Origin: an uncultured Chloroflexia bacterium | Lineage (GTDB): Bacteria; Chloroflexota; Anaerolineae; JAAYZQ01 | Assembly: GCA_963700285.1 (NCBI GenBank) | Contig: CAVOXA010000001.1 | Coordinates: forward strand, 1,120,001 to 1,184,000 | Direction: 5' to 3' | Length of the DNA stretch: 64,000 bases | Position numbers and translations under genes: made by a program | Shown: piece by piece, positions 1-12,216 of the stretch | Layout: each line of letters begins with the position of its first letter | Numbering within the stretch: position 1 is the first letter of the stretch | Notes under the pieces: model-generated | The model's database searches: none | The model's input: only the letters and a program-made list of their open reading frames with translations | What the model was told of the DNA's origin: nothing

Positions 1-3000
1 TGATCGTCGGCTCCTCTGGCTCGGGCAAGTCGTCGGCGCTGTTTGCCGGGCTGCTGCCGCGGCTGCGGGAGGAGGGCGGCTGGCAGTTCGCACTGCTGCG
101 CCCGGGCGCCCAACCGTTCTACGCCCTGGCGCGGCGCGCTGCTGCCGCTGCTGGAGCCGGGCCTGAGCGAGACCGATCGCCTGGCGGAGACGCGCAAGCT
201 GGCCGAGCGGCTGGCCAGAGAAGGAAGTCAGCCTGGTGCAGGTGGTGGAGCGGATCCACGAGAAATCGCCCGAGACCCGGCGGCTCCTGCTGGTCGTGGA
301 CCAGTTTGAGGAGCTGTACACCCTCGTGCACGGATGCCGCTCGCCCAGCAGGCATTCATCGACGCAGCTGCTGGCGGCGGCGGACGCGAGCAAAGGCCGG
401 CGGCCGTCAGCCGTGTGTCATCCTGCTGACGCTGCGGGCGGACTTCATGGGGCAGGCGCTGGCCTACCGGCCGTTCGCCGATGCCTTGCAGGAAGGCTCG
501 CTGCTGATGGGGCCGATGACGCGGCAGGAGCTGCGGCGTGGCCATCGAAAAGCCGGCCGAGATGCAGGGGGCGGCCTTCGAGGCGGGGCTGGTGGAACGG
601 ATCCTGGACGATGTGGGCGACAAGCCGGGCAACCTGCCGCTGCTGGAGTTCACGCTGACGTTGCTTGTGGGAGCGGCAGACCGACGGCTGGCTGACCCAC
701 ACGCACTACGAAGCCATGGGCAGCGTCGAGGGCGCGCTGGCAACCTACGCCGACCAGGTGTACGCCGAGCTTGAGCCGGAGGAACAGGAGTCGGCGCGGC
801 GAGCGTTGGTGCAATTGGTGCGACCCGGCGAAGGGACGGAGGACACGCGCCGGGTGGCGACCCGGGAGGAGCTGGGGGAGGAGAACTGGAAGCTGATCCA
901 GCACCTGGCGACCGGCGGCTGGTGGTGACGGGCGGGACGACGCAGGGCATGAGACGGCGGAGGTGGTGCACGAGGCGCTGATCCAGCGGTGGGGGCGGTT
1001 TCGGGAGTGGATGGACGCCGATCGCGCCTTTCGGGCCTGGCAGGAGCAGCTGCGCGGCAACCTGCGCCAGTGGCAGGAGAGCGGGCAGGATGAGGGTGCG
1101 CTGCTGCGCGGCGCGCCGCTGCTGGTAGCGCAGAACTGGCTGGCCGAGCGCACGGCTGAGCTGAGCGAAGCCGAGCAACAATTCATCCGGGACGGGGTGG
1201 CGCTGCGGGAGCGGCGGGCAGCCGAGCGCGAAGCCCAGCGACAGCGAGAGCTGGAGGCAGCGCATAGGCTGGCCGAGGCGGAAGGCCGCCGGGCTGAGGA
1301 TCAGGCTCAGGCTGCAGCTCGGCTCAGGCGCAGGGCGCTTCTCCTGACCGGAGCATCGATCCTGGCCGTCATCCTGGCAGCGATCGCCTTTCTGGCTTTC
1401 CGCCAGGCCAATCAGAATGCCCAGGCCGCTGAGATCGCCAGCTCGCGGGCGGAGCAGGAGCAGGCGGCCGCCGAGGCAGAGGCCGAGGCGCGCGCGACGC
1501 AGCAGGCCCTGGCCGAAGAGCAAACGCGCCTGGCCACATCCCGCGAGCTGGCCGCGGCCGCGGTGAACAACCTTCAGATCGACCCGGAGCGTAGCATACT
1601 GCTGGCATTGGAAGCTCTGAAGGAAGCCGATACCCTCGAAGCGCAAAGTGCCCTGCACCAGGCGATCCTGGCTTCACGCCTGGTCGCTAGCATCCCTGCC
1701 GATAGCCAGTCCGTCTTTGGTGTGGCTGCCAGCCCTGACGGGAGCAAGTTTGCCGCCGCTGGCATGGATGGTGTATTGAAGATCTGGGCGATGAGTGACT
1801 TGAGTGCATTGTCCGCCACCTCGCCGCTGCTTGCGCTGGAGAACCCAATTGACTTTGATGTTTCGATGGAAACAGGCGGCTATACCCTGGCTTTCAGTCC
1901 GGATGGCAGCCGGTTCGCAGTAATCGCTGACAATCAAAGCGCCAGAATCTATGACGCCTCAAGCGGTCAATTGCTGCAAACCTTGTCCAGTCAGAGCGGA
2001 AACGTGTATAGCCTCGCCTTCGACCCGGATGGAAAGCGTCTGGTCACGACCAGTGCTGGCGGCATGGCGGTTGTTTGGGATGTCCTTACCGGGGATGAGC
2101 TGTTGACCGTCACCGTTCCTGAATATGCAATCTATGGCGCCGTCTTCTCTCCAGACGGTAGGTGGCTGATCACCGGCAGCGATGATGCACTGGCTCGTTT
2201 TTGGGACCTGGATAGCAATTCAGGCAAAGAGATGTTCTCTCTGAGCTTTGATTATATGACGGAAGGAGTGCCTGGCGCCTTCGCCTTCAGCCCGGACGGA
2301 AAGTTCCTGGCGATTGGCGCGGGAGCGGTCGCCAAAGTGTGGGATTTTCAAGTACTGCAGGCGGACCCGTCGGTCAAACCCTTGTTTACCTTGTTTGGAC
2401 ATCAGAACAATACGAACAGCCTGGTATACACCGAGGACGGATCACGCTTGGTCACCGGCAACGCGGATGGCACCGCCAAAGTTTGGGATGCTGCAACGGG
2501 TCAGGAGCTATTCACGCTTGCCGGAGGAACGAGAAGTATTAACAGCCTCGCAATCAGCCCGGATGCGATGCATGCATTAAGCGCGCATGGCGACGGCCAG
2601 GTCAGGATCTGGGATATCTCCCCTACCGGAAGCCATGAATGGTGGGCAGCCTTCCCGGCCTACCGCGGTCATATCAGCCTAGATGGCGAGCATCTGGCCA
2701 CGGCCTATCCAACTTCGGAACTTACAGGCGAGTCGCGATTCCAGTTGTGGGCGCTTTCCCCTTCTGGTGTCAGGGAGACACAAACCATCATAGTGAACCC
2801 TGGGACACCAGTATGGCAATATGGTTTTGCTGCAGATCTCTCTCGTTATGTTACAATTGATGCAGATATGATGCTCAAATCATGGGAGCCTACAACAGGT
2901 CAGTTGATACAATCGTTCCCAATTGGCCAAACCGCAACATCCAGCGGTCATGATACGGATTTTGTCTTTGGATTCGATTTCAGTCCAGACGGCACGCGAT

Positions 3001-3644
3001 GTGCCACTGGCGGCGATGATGGCCTGGCAATCGTGTGGGATTTAGCCAGCGGTAAGCCACTATTGACCCTCACCGGTCACGAAGGGCCGGTGAGGTTTCT
3101 TAGCTTCAGCCCGGATGGTACCCGTCTGGCGACTGGCAGCCTGGATGGAACGGTGCGCATCTGGGATACCGTGAGCGGCCAATGGCTGCAAACCTTTTCC
3201 GGCCATGAAGGATTTGTAGCCGATGTTGAGTTCAGCCCGGATGGGAAACGCCTCTTGACAGGCAGCGGCGATGCCACCGCCAAAGTGTGGGACATCTTGA
3301 CAGGAAAGGAGCTGCTCACCCTCAGGGGTCATATCAGCACGGTCTTTTTTGTGGACTTTAGCCCGGATGGCACGCGCGTTGCTACTGGGAGCACGGACGG
3401 GAACGCCAAAGTATGGGACGCCTCTGCCGGACAAGTTTTGTTGACTTTGCCAGGTTTTGTGGTTGAGTTCGCGCCAGATGGAAAGAGCCTGATGGCAATA
3501 TCAATCGCAGATATGGTTGGGCGGGGATTTTTTCTTGATGTACAGGAGCTAACTGCCCTGGCTCGCTCACGTCTTACGCGCACATTGACCACTGCGGAAT
3601 GCCAGCAATACCTGCATGTTGCGCAATGCCCGGAGACACCCTGA
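1..3644 (+). CDS. STAND (nSTAND1-like) NTPase - TM - WD40 repeat protein; 5' partial, frameshifted in the first ~960 bp
   Basis: P-loop IVGSSGSGKSS from nt 3, Walker B LLVVDQFEELYT, then LTLRADF, GNLPLLEFTL and VHEALIQRW. A TM helix is followed by many WD40 repeats (AFSPDG...TGSxDGTxxxWD) and the family-typical C-terminus RTLTTAECQQYL. The motifs are spread over several frames before 963. Confidence 0.9.
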
Positions 3645-3872
3645 GGTGATCTGGGAGCAATCGAGGGCCTGGGCAAGAGCAGTATCGTCTTCAGCCCTGG
3701 CGGCCGCCGCGTGGCGGTGGGTAGCGTGGGCGGCACGGTGTTCGTCGTCGACGCGGCCCCGGCCGAGTTGACCCTGTCGGGGCATACCAACATGGTGTTG
3801 GGCCTGGCTTTCAGCCCCGATGGCACGCGTCTGGCACCACCAGTTGGGACAGTACGGCTGCAACGTCTTTAA
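3645..3872 (+). pseudogene. WD40 repeat remnant in frame after the stop codon
   Basis: Translates as ...SIVFSPGGRRVAVGSVGGTV...LTLSGHTNMVLGLAFSPDGTRLA...; no start codon or RBS in front of the repeats. Confidence 0.6.
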
Positions 3873-4356
3873 CCTCTCTCCAGACGCGCAGCACATTCCC
3901 ACTCCATATCTTGCCGATTTCCTTAACGGTAGAGCCGTGCCGGACCAGCTCCAGCGTAACGTTGCGCGTCTCGCTGGCGTCGCACCACCCATCAAGACTG
4001 AAGCTGTAGTTATAGAAGTCTGAGCTGATGCCGACGTGATCAATACCGATGCGATTCACCACGTAATCGACCTGGTCAACGAGATCCCGCGCACTCGGCC
4101 TCCCGTGTTTCTTCTCGATTTCCTCCAGCCGTTGCTCATATGCCATGCGTGTTTCCGCACTGCGGTCCCCGAGTGCCAGAAAGAATGGCCAAAAGCCGAC
4201 GGGGAGGGCGAATTCTACCCGGAGGTCAGCGATCTCTTCTGCCTTCTCTGAGGAGTCCGTCTTGATGGCGCGCTTCAGCCCAACGATATGAATAACCCCG
4301 CCATTCTCTTGGAGTCCGCCTAATACCCACATGATACGAGCGCGTTCTTCTGTCAA
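3811..4356 (-). pseudogene. Membrane dipeptidase (M19) C-terminal fragment
   Basis: ENGGVIHI, DLVDQVDYVVNRIGIDHVGISSDF and KIWSGNVLRV are present; the N-terminal half with the metal ligands is absent. Confidence 0.7.
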
Positions 4357-4438
4357 ACAGAGGAGTCAGCTCATGGAAAACCATCACTGGTGCGAGGCAC
4401 AGCCGACCGCAGCCCCCTGCATCAAGAAGACAAGCCGT

Positions 4439-4523
4439 TCAGTTCAGTTCCACGTAATACAGCTCGTTGGCCAAGGCCTCGACGATCCGCTTGTTGAGGG
4501 TGAGCTTGTCGCCGGGGATGATC
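4439..4523 (-). pseudogene. Short remnant paralogous to the C-terminal linker of the radical SAM gene at 5601-6723
   Basis: Translates IIPGDKLTLNKRIVEALANELYYVELN*, versus IIPGDKRTLNKLIVEALANQTYYMELN in the intact gene. Confidence 0.75.
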
Positions 4524-4645
4524 GAGCGACGAAAGCGACTCCCGCCTTGCTACCTGCCAACCGCTGTTAGCCCAAAGGGCAGTTCACTCCTCGACATAGC
4601 CCGCGGGAGGGTGAACCCTCGCGGCAATGACACGGCCCGGCCGTG

Positions 4646-5065
4646 TCAGAAGCTGATCGGCTCCTTTGAATCATCTGCCATCGTCCAGAAATGGGCTTCG
4701 CCCGTGAATATCCGGCAAGGTCGAACAAAGGGTTTGACCGAGAACCCGGCGATGGCATCAATCCAAGCCCTATTCTCATACGCTCTTTCCAGGCTTTTTT
4801 CGTCCTCCAGAAACTCGACCTCGCCCGTTACCCTCATCTGTTTCCAGTCAGCCGGGCCTGACCCATTGAAGAAACACACCTCAACCCTGGGGTTCTGCTG
4901 TAATTGGCTGGTAACGTCCTTTCCAGCGAGCGGTATGAAGTAGAAACCGCTTTCGTCGGCGTACCACAGATAGAAGGTTCTTACTCTCGGCTGATCTCCG
5001 TCTGTCGTGGCCAGGTAGCAAACGGGGTTGTCATTCGCGAACTCGAAACAGTCCTTGAGGTCCAC
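4646..5065 (-). CDS. Pyridoxamine 5'-phosphate oxidase-like FMN-binding protein
   Basis: YLATTDGDQPRVR...QLQQNPRVEVCF...QMRVTGEVEF; GTG start with AGGAG RBS. Confidence 0.85.
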   Translation of the reverse strand: MDLKDCFEFANDNPVCYLATTDGDQPRVRTFYLWYADESGFYFIPLAGKDVTSQLQQNPRVEVCFFNGSGPADWKQMRVTGEVEFLEDEKSLERAYENRAWIDAIAGFSVKPFVRPCRIFTGEAHFWTMADDSKEPISF

Positions 5066-5280
5066 TTTTCACTCCTTTCGCTCTCACTTCTGAGAGCAGC
5101 AACTCGGATCAACAGCCACTGATCACCCTCCCGCAAGCCACAACAACGCCTACTCGGAGCTGTGCGCTGCGCAGCCCAGGCTGTACAACATGGCAAGCAC
5201 TTGTGCAGTCTGCCATCTGCCGATCCCAGTGCGGCTGTGATGAGTCCTCGGAAGTCACAGCGAACTGCGAGTGCATCTAT

Positions 5281-5309
5281 ACTATACCACCGTTAGACTG
5301 AGTTGTCAA
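5281..5309 (-). promoter_or_regulatory. Sigma70-type promoter TTGACA-17-TATAGT
   Basis: Near-consensus hexamers with a 17-nt spacer, about 215 nt upstream of the gene starting at 5065. Confidence 0.65.
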
Positions 5310-5600
5310 TGGTTCAAATTGACCCATTATGCAGGCGATTTCACATCGATCTGGGTGTAGATGTACACTGCCTCGATCTAGCCGTTATGTCTAATTAGAC
5401 ATAGGTCGTCCCGGACAAAGATTGCTTGCTCAATGGGGGATTGGCAAGAATCTATTGCACGAATGGCAGGCGATGACAGTATTGATGGACACAACCTGCC
5501 CGAACCTTTCGCCTTGACGGCGCGCTTGGTGATACCTCCGCCTGGACGCAGACAAAAAGTATCATGACGCGATAGAAACCAGCGGGTCCCAACTCGCCGA

Positions 5601-6723
5601 TCATGCCCATTGTCGTATTAGACCTTCCACCACCTGCGCGAGTTTGGGTCCGACGTTCCCAATGCTTTCCAGACCTTTCGCACCCATTTGGCGGTAGATC
5701 AAGCCCAGGTCCTGGGGTGTATCCTCAATGGCCCAGGCGGCCTTGCGATAGGCCCAGACGCGGTGTTGGGGCTCGCTATTGAGTTCCATGTAGTAGGTCT
5801 GATTGGCCAGGGCCTCGACAATCAGCTTGTTCAGGGTGCGCTTGTCGCCGGGGATGATGGGCCGGGGCATTCGGTCGGAGATGCCGTACTGCTCGCACAG
5901 CTCGCGCAGGCGCAGGGCGATGGGCTTCCAGTCGCCGCGGACGGGGCCGTAGCTGGTGGGCGGGTAGAGGGCCTGGTAGGGTTCCAGCAGGTCGGGGAAG
6001 CGGTCGCGCAGGACGCCAAAGAAAAAGTCGCGCTGCTGGTCGGCCAGGGTCAAGCCGCCGGCCATGACGAACTGGCCGCCGTGCTCGGCGGTCCACTTGA
6101 CGACGTGCTGCAGGTTAGCGTCGTCGTCGCACAGCCCCGGCAGGATGGGCATCATGCAGGTGCCGGTCAGGATGCCGGCCCTGGACAACTGCTCCATGGC
6201 CGCGAAACGTTTCTCCAGGGGCGGGGCCAGGCGCTCCATACGGCGCACGATCTGGTAGTGGGCCGAGTCGGGGGTGGAGATGATGCTGAAAAAGACGACG
6301 GCTGTGGCCCGGTCATTGATATCCCGGATCAGGTCCAGGTCTCGCAGCACCAGCGGTGAGCGCTCGAGGATGGAGACAGGAAAGCCCAGCTCCAGACAGA
6401 CCTCCAGCATGCGCCGCGAGAGCTGGAACTTGCGCTCGGCGGGCTGGTAGTCACCGGTGGCGACCAGGTCGACGGGCGAGCGGCCCAGGGCCCGGCGCAG
6501 CAGGTCGGGGGCGTTTTCCTTGGGTTGGATGCGGAAGGCAAAGTCTGCCGGATGCTCGTACGGATAGTACTTTCTGTTCGCGGCAGTAGCAGAAGTCACA
6601 ACCGTGCTGGCAGCCCTTGTAGGGGTAGGCGCTATAGCGGACCCAGAACCAGTGGTCAGGGCGCTTGTGCTTGTTCAGGATCGTTTTGGGCCGGTAGGGC
6701 ACGAATTGCGTGCGTCTTGTCAT
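5601..6723 (-). CDS. SplB/Rv2578c-like radical SAM protein with C-terminal helix-hairpin-helix domain; one frameshift near 6570
   Basis: AYPYKGCQHGCDFCYC (CxxxCxxC), DYQPAERKF, ERSPLVLRDLD; the C-terminus AYRKAAWAI...LESIGNVGPKLA resembles the PolX 8-kDa HhH domain. Confidence 0.8.
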
Positions 6724-6831
6724 GATCTGACCTGATCAGGACAGAATCGATAAGCTGGATTCTGCCCAGAGTCTTCTCGCCAGCGAACGGATTGGAGTCT
6801 GTCCGTATTGTACTGGGGAACGAAGAAAAGG

Positions 6832-7629
6832 TCAACCGGCGAGCAACATCTCTAGCCAGCGACGGGCCGCTTGCGGCGATTCCAGCCGCAGGTCCGCCTC
6901 GGTTTCCCGTGGCTCCGCTGCCACAACAACGGCGATGCCCCCGCGCGCCTTGATCGACGCCAAACGCCTCTTCATCCTTGTCGTCGTCGCCCAGGTAGAG
7001 GGGTACCGCCCCGCGCCAAGGGTAGTGGTCCAGCAGATAGGCGACCGTCAGGCCCTTGTGCGCCAGCTGGGGGCCGATCTCCAGGAACTTGTGCCCGCCC
7101 AACAGGCGGAACGATCTCCGGATCAGCTCGGGTCAGCGCCGCTGTCTGCCAGCCGGCTGGCGCTGGCCAGCACCCGTTCGGCCTCGTCCTCGGCGGCAAA
7201 GCGGGCGTGGAGCGCCAGCGCCCAGCCCTTGTCCTCCAGGAAAAAGCCCTGCCGCCCGGCGATCAGCTCTGCCCATCGGGGCTTGAGGGCATCCAACGTG
7301 GGGCGTACGACGTATCATAGTCCAGCCGGTCGATCCGCTCGCCCTCAGGGCGTCTGCAGCTCGATGCCGTAGGTGCCGGCCAGCAGAACGCCGGGCACAG
7401 GGACCAGCTTCTGCACGTGGCTCAGCCGCCGGCCGCTGACCATGGCCACACGGAATGCGAGGGTGCCGCGCCAGCCGCTGCGATCAGGTCGACCAGTTCT
7501 GGATCAGGGTTGACGTGGTCCGGCGTGGGGGCAAAGTCGGCCAGGGTGCCGTCATAGTCCAGGAACAGCCACAGGCGCTCTGCCTGGGCCAGTCGCTGCT
7601 TTCACCCCTTGGGGAGTCGCTACCCTCAC
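6832..7629 (-). CDS. otsB: Trehalose-6-phosphate phosphatase (HAD), frameshifted
   Basis: LWLFLDYDGTLADFAPTP, SGRRL, LAGTYGIE, GGHKFLEI and YLGDDDKDEEAF across shifting frames. Confidence 0.8.
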
Positions 7630-8894
7630 GGCGTCCTCCCGGCTCCGGAGCAGGGGCTCGATGTCGCGGCGAAAGATGGCCTGCCAGGTATAGTCCTGCC
7701 GCACCCGGCGGCGCAGGCGATGCACCGGGCTGTCGCTCGGCCCAGGCCAGAATCCGCCCGGCCAGGTGGTCGGGCGCATCGTCCAGGTCGAACAGGATCA
7801 CGTCCTCGCCGCCAATCTCCACGGCGGCCGGCACCTCGGTGCACACCACGGGGATGCCGACCAGCCCGGCCTCCAGCACCGGCATGGCAAATCCCTCGCG
7901 GTGGCTGGGCATGAACATCAGGTCGCTGACGCGGAACAGGTCGCCCACCACGCCGGCGTCGATGAGGTAGGGCTCGTCGGGGTCGCTCCCCGATTCAAAG
8001 ACAAAGCGCATCTCCTCTTCCACGCCCAATTCCTGGCGCAATGCCTGCAACGAGCGGAAATAGGCCATGCTCTCCGCGTCGTGGGGGTCGGGCGGGCCGG
8101 TGAGGACCAGCCTGGGGCGACAGCCACGCGCTTTCAGCGCAGCCACCACCCGCAGCGCATACTCGATGTTCTTGGCCTGGGTGACTCGCACCGGCATCAG
8201 CAGCACCAGGTCGCTGTCCAAGCAGGCCCAGGCGCTCCACCAGGGCTGCCCCTTCCGCCGACAGGCCCAGCAGCGCCTGCGGATCGACGCCGTTGTAGAT
8301 CACGCGGATCTCTTCCGGCGGGCAGCCGTACAGCCCGGCCAGTTCCTGCTGCCGGCGCTGCGAGACGACGACGTAGGTCACGTCCGGGCGCCGGGTGCGC
8401 AGCAGATCCCAGGGATAGCCGGGATGGACCTTCGAGCCGGAGCTGGGGCTGGTCCAGGTAAAGTCGTGACACCAGGCGATGCAGTGCGGATGCGCCGTGC
8501 CCATCCAGCAGGCGATAGAGCGCGGCCGTCAGGGGCAGGTTAAAGTGCTTGGTAAAGACGTTGTGGACGATGACGTTGTCAAAGCGCGTTCAGGATGGGC
8601 GCCAGCGTCTCGGCTCAGTCGGCTCGCTCATGGCCTCGAACTCGGGCGGCACCTGGCCCTGCTCCAGCTGTGCGCTCATCTGCGCAATCTCGGCGTACTG
8701 CGAGTCCATCTCGGGCACGAGTACCAGGTCGACGCCCTCTGGCAGCGCCTCGGCCTCACCCCGGCCGGCGACGACGGTGACCGGATAGCCAGCCTGCGAC
8801 GAACGTCTGAGCGTGGGCCTGGATCACGGCTTCGACCCCGCCGACCACCGGCGGGGCGGTGTAGTGCAGAATGGCGATTCGAGGGTAGTTTCAT
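7626..8894 (-). CDS. GT4-family glycosyltransferase, frameshifted
   Basis: ILHYTAPPVVGGVE, IAWCHDF, LLMPVRVTQAKNIE, FMPSHREGFAMPVLEAG (EX7E motif). Confidence 0.85.
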
Positions 8895-8916
8895 CGGGCC
8901 AGACTCCTTCACAAGT

Positions 8917-10433
8917 TCAGCTCGGCGACTGTCTCCAGCTGGCGGCAGAGCCAGTCAGCGATGTCCTCCCGCTCGATGAGCCAGCGCAGCCGGCTGGGCG
9001 CGCTCCTGGCGCTCCTCGGCGGGCATGACCAGGGCCTGGTGGAGCGCTTCGGCCGTGGCGTACACGTCGCAGGGTGAGATGACCAGCGCGCCAGGCTCCA
9101 GTTGCTGGCGCGCGCCGGCTCGTTCGGAGAGGATGAGCACGCCGTCGCGCTGGTTCACGATCGGACCCTCTTTGGCCACCAGGTTCATGCCGTCGGCGAT
9201 GGCGTTCACCAGCAGCACGTCGTACAGCTGCATGGCCGCCACCGCCCGCGGGTAGCTCTCGCCGACCAGCACGCGCACCGGTTCCCACTCGCTGTCGCCG
9301 TAGGTGGCATTGACCCGCCCGGCAGTGGCCATCAGGTCGTCCAGGTAGTGCCGGTATTCCTCCACATCCAGCCGCGATGGCACCAGCAGCGCCAGGAACT
9401 GGACCTGGCCCCGGTGCTCGGGATACAGTTCCAGCATCTCCTCAAAGGCCAGGAAGCCCCGCACAATGTTCTTGCTGGGCTCGATGCGGTCGATGCGCAG
9501 GATCAGCTTCCGGTCACCGACGATATCCTGGATTTCGGCTGCGATGCTCGGCCACCTCCGGCGACGCGGCGAGCTGTCTGCAGAGCCTCCACATCAATGG
9601 AGATGGGAAAATCACGCACGTGGGTGGCGTGATTCCTGATACCACACCCGGCTCCGGCGGTAGTTGACCGCGGCACGGGGCAGGAACGACTCGCAGGTGC
9701 GGAGAAAGTTCTGCCCATCCTCGCGGGTCTGAAAGCCCAGGACATCCACGGCGCACAGCCCATTCAGGATGTCCTGTCGCATAGCCGGCGGCAGGATGCG
9801 CCAGTACTCCGGCCCGGGCCAGGGGATGTGGATGAAGTGCAGAATCGTGGGTCGCTCGCGCCGCCGCAGCCCAGCGCGCAGGTGACGGGCCACCAGGTAG
9901 AGGTGATAGTCCTGGAGCATGACCAGGGTGGGGCGGGATGTAGCCCGGACCCGCTGGACGATGGCGTCGGCAAACTGGCAGTTGACGGCCTTGTAGCCCT
10001 CTTCCCAGGCCTGCCAGGTGGCACGGTCGATCACCGGCGCCCGCGGCACGTCCCACATCGAATGCTGCAGGAACCAGAGCAGCGGATTGGCGATGACATT
10101 GTAGTACCCATCGTAGGCAGCTTCGTCCGGCGAGAGAAAGTGCACTCGCACGGCGGTACCATCGTCAAGGGCCACGCGCCCCTGTTCCCAGTCAGCGTCG
10201 GCCTCCGTCCGGGCGCAGGCGATCCAGGTGGCATCGCGTGTGCCGGCACAGGCCGGTCAGGGCCGTGACCAGCCCGCCGCCACCTCGCTCGAATAGCAAG
10301 CGTCCCATCCTCGGCCTGCTCAAAGGTCACCGGGCCACGGTTGGCGGCGATGATCAGCGCCCGGTCGGCAAAGAACTCGGTTTGCAGCGCCTCACAGCGC
10401 TGGCGAGTCGACTTCTCTATCCAGTTCCATCAT
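8917..10433 (-). CDS. otsA: Trehalose-6-phosphate synthase (GT20), frameshifted
   Basis: IIAANRGPVTF, GYYNVIANPLLWFLQH, QDYHLYL, FIHIPWP, RIDRIEPSKNIVRGF, ADGMNLVAKEG, LSERAGA. Confidence 0.88.
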
Positions 10434-12216
10434 TCGACCCTCCCATGGACCGGACCTCCTCCTCGCGGCTGGCCTGGATGGCCAGGTCGATAAAGACGGC
10501 AGCGGTCCAGCCAAAGACCTCGGCGGCGGTCGCCGGCGGCTCGCCGGTTTCGGCGTGATAGTACTCATAGATGCCGGGCTGGTCCATGATCAGATCCAGC
10601 GTCTTTTCCAGCAGGGCGTCGCGCCAGGTCGAACTCGCCGACCTGCCGCAGCGCCTCGATAAAGATATAGTTGATGTTGACCCACACCGGGCCGCGCCAC
10701 ATCGTCTCCGGATCGTAGTGCGGGTCGTTGCGCGCCACCGAGGGGATGGCGTACTCTCCCCAGAACTGGTCAGGGTCGGTCAGGTGGGCGATGCAGCCGG
10801 TCGCGGATGTCGTCGGGCAGCTGGCCGGTCCACAGGGGGTAGAGGTTGAAGGGCGTGACCACCGGGATGGGTTGGTTGTCGTGCAGGGCGCGGAACAGGC
10901 CCGCCTCCTCGTCCCAAAAGTCCTCGATCATGCGCCGCACGATGGCCGCGGCCCGGCGGCGCCACATGGCCCCTTCGGCCTCCATGCCCAGGGCCTCGGC
11001 CATCATCGCCAGCGAGCCCATCTGCACGCAGAGATAGGTGTTCAGGTCAGGCGATTCGACCGGCATCCCATAGTCCCACAGCGGGCTGTCGTCCAGGCCG
11101 GAGGAGTAGGGATGGTTGTACTGGGCCAGGCCGTCGGCGTCGTCGTCGTTCATGCTGAACCACCAGGCGTTCCAGCGCACCAGCGGCACATAGATCTCTT
11201 GCAGGAACTCCAGATCGGGGTCGAGTCTCGTGCAGCTTGAGCGCCGCCCAGGCCATGATGGGCGGCTTGGTGACCTCGGCCCGCAGCGGATGCTCGATGT
11301 CGGCGACCACGGCTTCGTCGTAGACGGCATCGGGGATCATGCCGTCGGGCAACTGGCAGGCCAGCATGGTCCGCAACTGGTTGCGGGCCAGCTCCGGGTC
11401 CACGTGGCGAAAGGCCAGGGCGTGGAAGCAGGCGTCCCAGTTCCAGATGCCCACGTACTGCACCTTGGAGGGCATCATCGCCTCGTGCTCCACCCGTCCC
11501 AGCGGGCGCGACCAGGTTGTTGCTCATCACCCACCAGGCATAGTAGTAGTGATCCCGGATAGCGTTCGGCGACGGGCGGCACGCGGCAGAACCAGTCGTG
11601 CCACCGCCCCTCGGCAGCGGCCAGCGTCTCGGAAAAGGGGACCGGCTTTGCCATCCAGTTGCAGGTCGTTGCGGATGTTGAGGTGGATGGCCACGTCGTC
11701 GCCGCCGTCCACGACGAACTCGATGGCATAGGCCTCCCGTTCCAAGCCCAACTCGTTTCTGAGCACCTGGCCGTTGGTGCGATAGGACAGGTTGCGCACC
11801 CCCACCAGGCTGCCGCCATCGTCGCCCTGCTGCCACATCTGGGTGCTGACGCGGAAGCGGATGCCGGCTGGCACTCCTGGCGGCAGGCCCACGGCCAGCG
11901 TGTCGTTCCGGTGGAAAGCCAGGGAGAAGGTGCCCAGCCGGGTCTGGAAAAGGAGGACGTGGGGATAGGTGGTCAGGTGATAGGTGAGCGGCATCCCCTC
12001 GCCATCGACGAAGCACAGGTCCTGGATGTAGGGCGGGCGGAAGCGATAGGTGTCCAGGCCGGGCTGGATGGCTGTCAGCCGCTCGGCGAGCTTGATGTAG
12101 AGGTGTTCGCCATCGGCTTCTTTGAACACCAGCAGCCGCGAGCCCCGGTCGCTGAAGGGCACGCGGGTGATGTCGATGCGGTTCTTGAGTGATTCCAGAA
12201 AGAAAGATGCTGTCAT
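10417..12216 (-). CDS. GH63/MGH1-like (alpha/alpha)6 glycoside hydrolase, frameshifted
   Basis: YVGIWNWDACFHALA, TKPPIMAWAA, SSGLDDSPLWD, ESPDLNTYL, WRGPVWVNINY, FGWTAA. Confidence 0.8.

Noticed and set aside
228-1658. 476-aa minus-strand ORF
   Set aside because: Antisense to the STAND-WD40 gene and has no recognisable motifs.
5066-5280. Possible cobalamin or FMN riboswitch
   Set aside because: The conserved core motifs were not found by eye.
1-12216. Dense frameshifts read as mass pseudogenisation or programmed frameshifting
   Set aside because: Catalytic motifs are intact and the breaks look like single-base indels across unrelated genes (also near 33.2, 48.2, 49.1, 58.3 and 63.1 kb). 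Sequencing error is more likely; read polishing is needed to settle it.
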